A stretch of 31,966 nt of DNA from Verrucomicrobiota bacterium (GTDB lineage: Bacteria; Verrucomicrobiota; Verrucomicrobiia; Opitutales; UBA953), in assembly GCA_039796215.1 (NCBI GenBank), contig JBDKKH010000118.1:1-31966 (forward strand), given 5' to 3'. Both the position numbers and the translations under genes were made by a program. Of the stretch, positions 31,203-31,966 are shown piece by piece. The notes under the pieces are model-generated. The model was given only the letters and a program-made list of their open reading frames with translations, made no database searches and was not told the DNA's origin. The stretch's first letter is position 1. Each line of letters starts with the position of its first letter.

Positions 31203-31966
31203 ATGGCCAAAGAGAAGTTCAATCGCACCAAGCCTCACGTCAACGTCGGTACCATCGGTCACATTGACCATGGCAAATCGACCACCACCGCGGCCATCGT
31301 TGCCGTGCAGGCTCGCAAGGGCCTGGCCGAGACCAAGTCCTACGCCGAAATCACCAAGGGCGGTACCGTCCGCGACGCCACGAAGACCGTGACCATCGCC
31401 GCCTCGCACGTCGAGTACGAGTCCGTCAACCGCCACTACGCCCACGTCGACTGCCCGGGCCACGCTGACTTCGTCAAGAACATGATCACCGGCGCCGCCC
31501 AGATGGACGGTGCGATCCTCGTCGTCTCCGCCGCCGACGGCGTCATGCCCCAGACCAAGGAGCACATCCTCCTCGCCCGCCAGGTCGGCGTGCCGAAGAT
31601 CGTCGTCTGGCTCAACAAGGTCGACCTCTCCGAGCCTGACCTCATCGACCTCGTCGAGATGGAAGTCCGCGACCTCCTCAACAAGTACCAGTACGACGGC
31701 GACAACGCCAAGATCGTCCGTGGTTCCGCCACCGCCGCTCTCGAGGCCAAGCCCGAAGGCGAACAGGCCATCCAGAACCTCCTCGACGCTCTCGACGCCG
31801 AGATCCCTGAGCCGAAGCGCGAAACCGACAAGCCTTTCATGATGTCCGTCGAAGACGTCTTCTCCATCACCGGTCGTGGCACCGTCGCCACCGGTCGTAT
31901 CGAGCGCGGCGTCATCAAGGTCGGCGAAGAAATCGAAATCGTCGGTCTCCGCGACACCCTCAAGAC
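31203..31966 (+). CDS. tuf: Elongation factor Tu, 5' part (runs off the window; absent from the ORF track)
   Basis: [85 protein letters not shown]. Confidence 0.99.
   Translation, partial: MAKEKFNRTKPHVNVGTIGHIDHGKSTTTAAIVAVQARKGLAETKSYAEITKGGTVRDATKTVTIAASHVEYESVNRHYAHVDCPGHADFVKNMITGAAQMDGAILVVSAADGVMPQTKEHILLARQVGVPKIVVWLNKVDLSEPDLIDLVEMEVRDLLNKYQYDGDNAKIVRGSATAALEAKPEGEQAIQNLLDALDAEIPEPKRETDKPFMMSVEDVFSITGRGTVATGRIERGVIKVGEEIEIVGLRDTLK

Overview
High-GC, essentially all-housekeeping chromosomal window, most likely from a Verrucomicrobiota (Opitutia-like) bacterium. That placement is an inference from the EF-Tu switch-I variant, the missing rpmD, the extended SecY and the general lack of Shine-Dalgarno sequences. 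Gene order: 3' end of rplN, spc and alpha ribosomal clusters (rplX to rplQ, with secY, map, rpoA), a small membrane Zn-ribbon protein, guaA, a tightly packed dnaX-metallophosphoesterase-hrpB-DEDDh exonuclease unit, mdh, a DUF362-like exported protein, an MFS transporter, hemG, a DUF481 beta-barrel, type III glutamine synthetase, rpsU, smc, an HtrA protease, a membrane hypothetical, tRNA-Thr(GGT) and the 5' part of tuf. I see no mobile element, prophage or CRISPR array. The strongest hidden signal is a recoding cassette inside dnaX: an A9 run built from rare codons, with stops in both alternative frames, an upstream GGGAG and a downstream stem-loop, predicting gamma and tau subunits from one gene. 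Also notable: a sigma-54 promoter with two phased TGT-N10-ACA-like enhancer sites upstream of glnA (GSIII), SD-free or leaderless translation initiation, an extra C-terminal TM helix on SecY, a clamp-binding-like tail on the exonuclease, and a 25% GC palindromic patch inside the last hypothetical gene. All comparisons to known proteins are from recall, not from searches.
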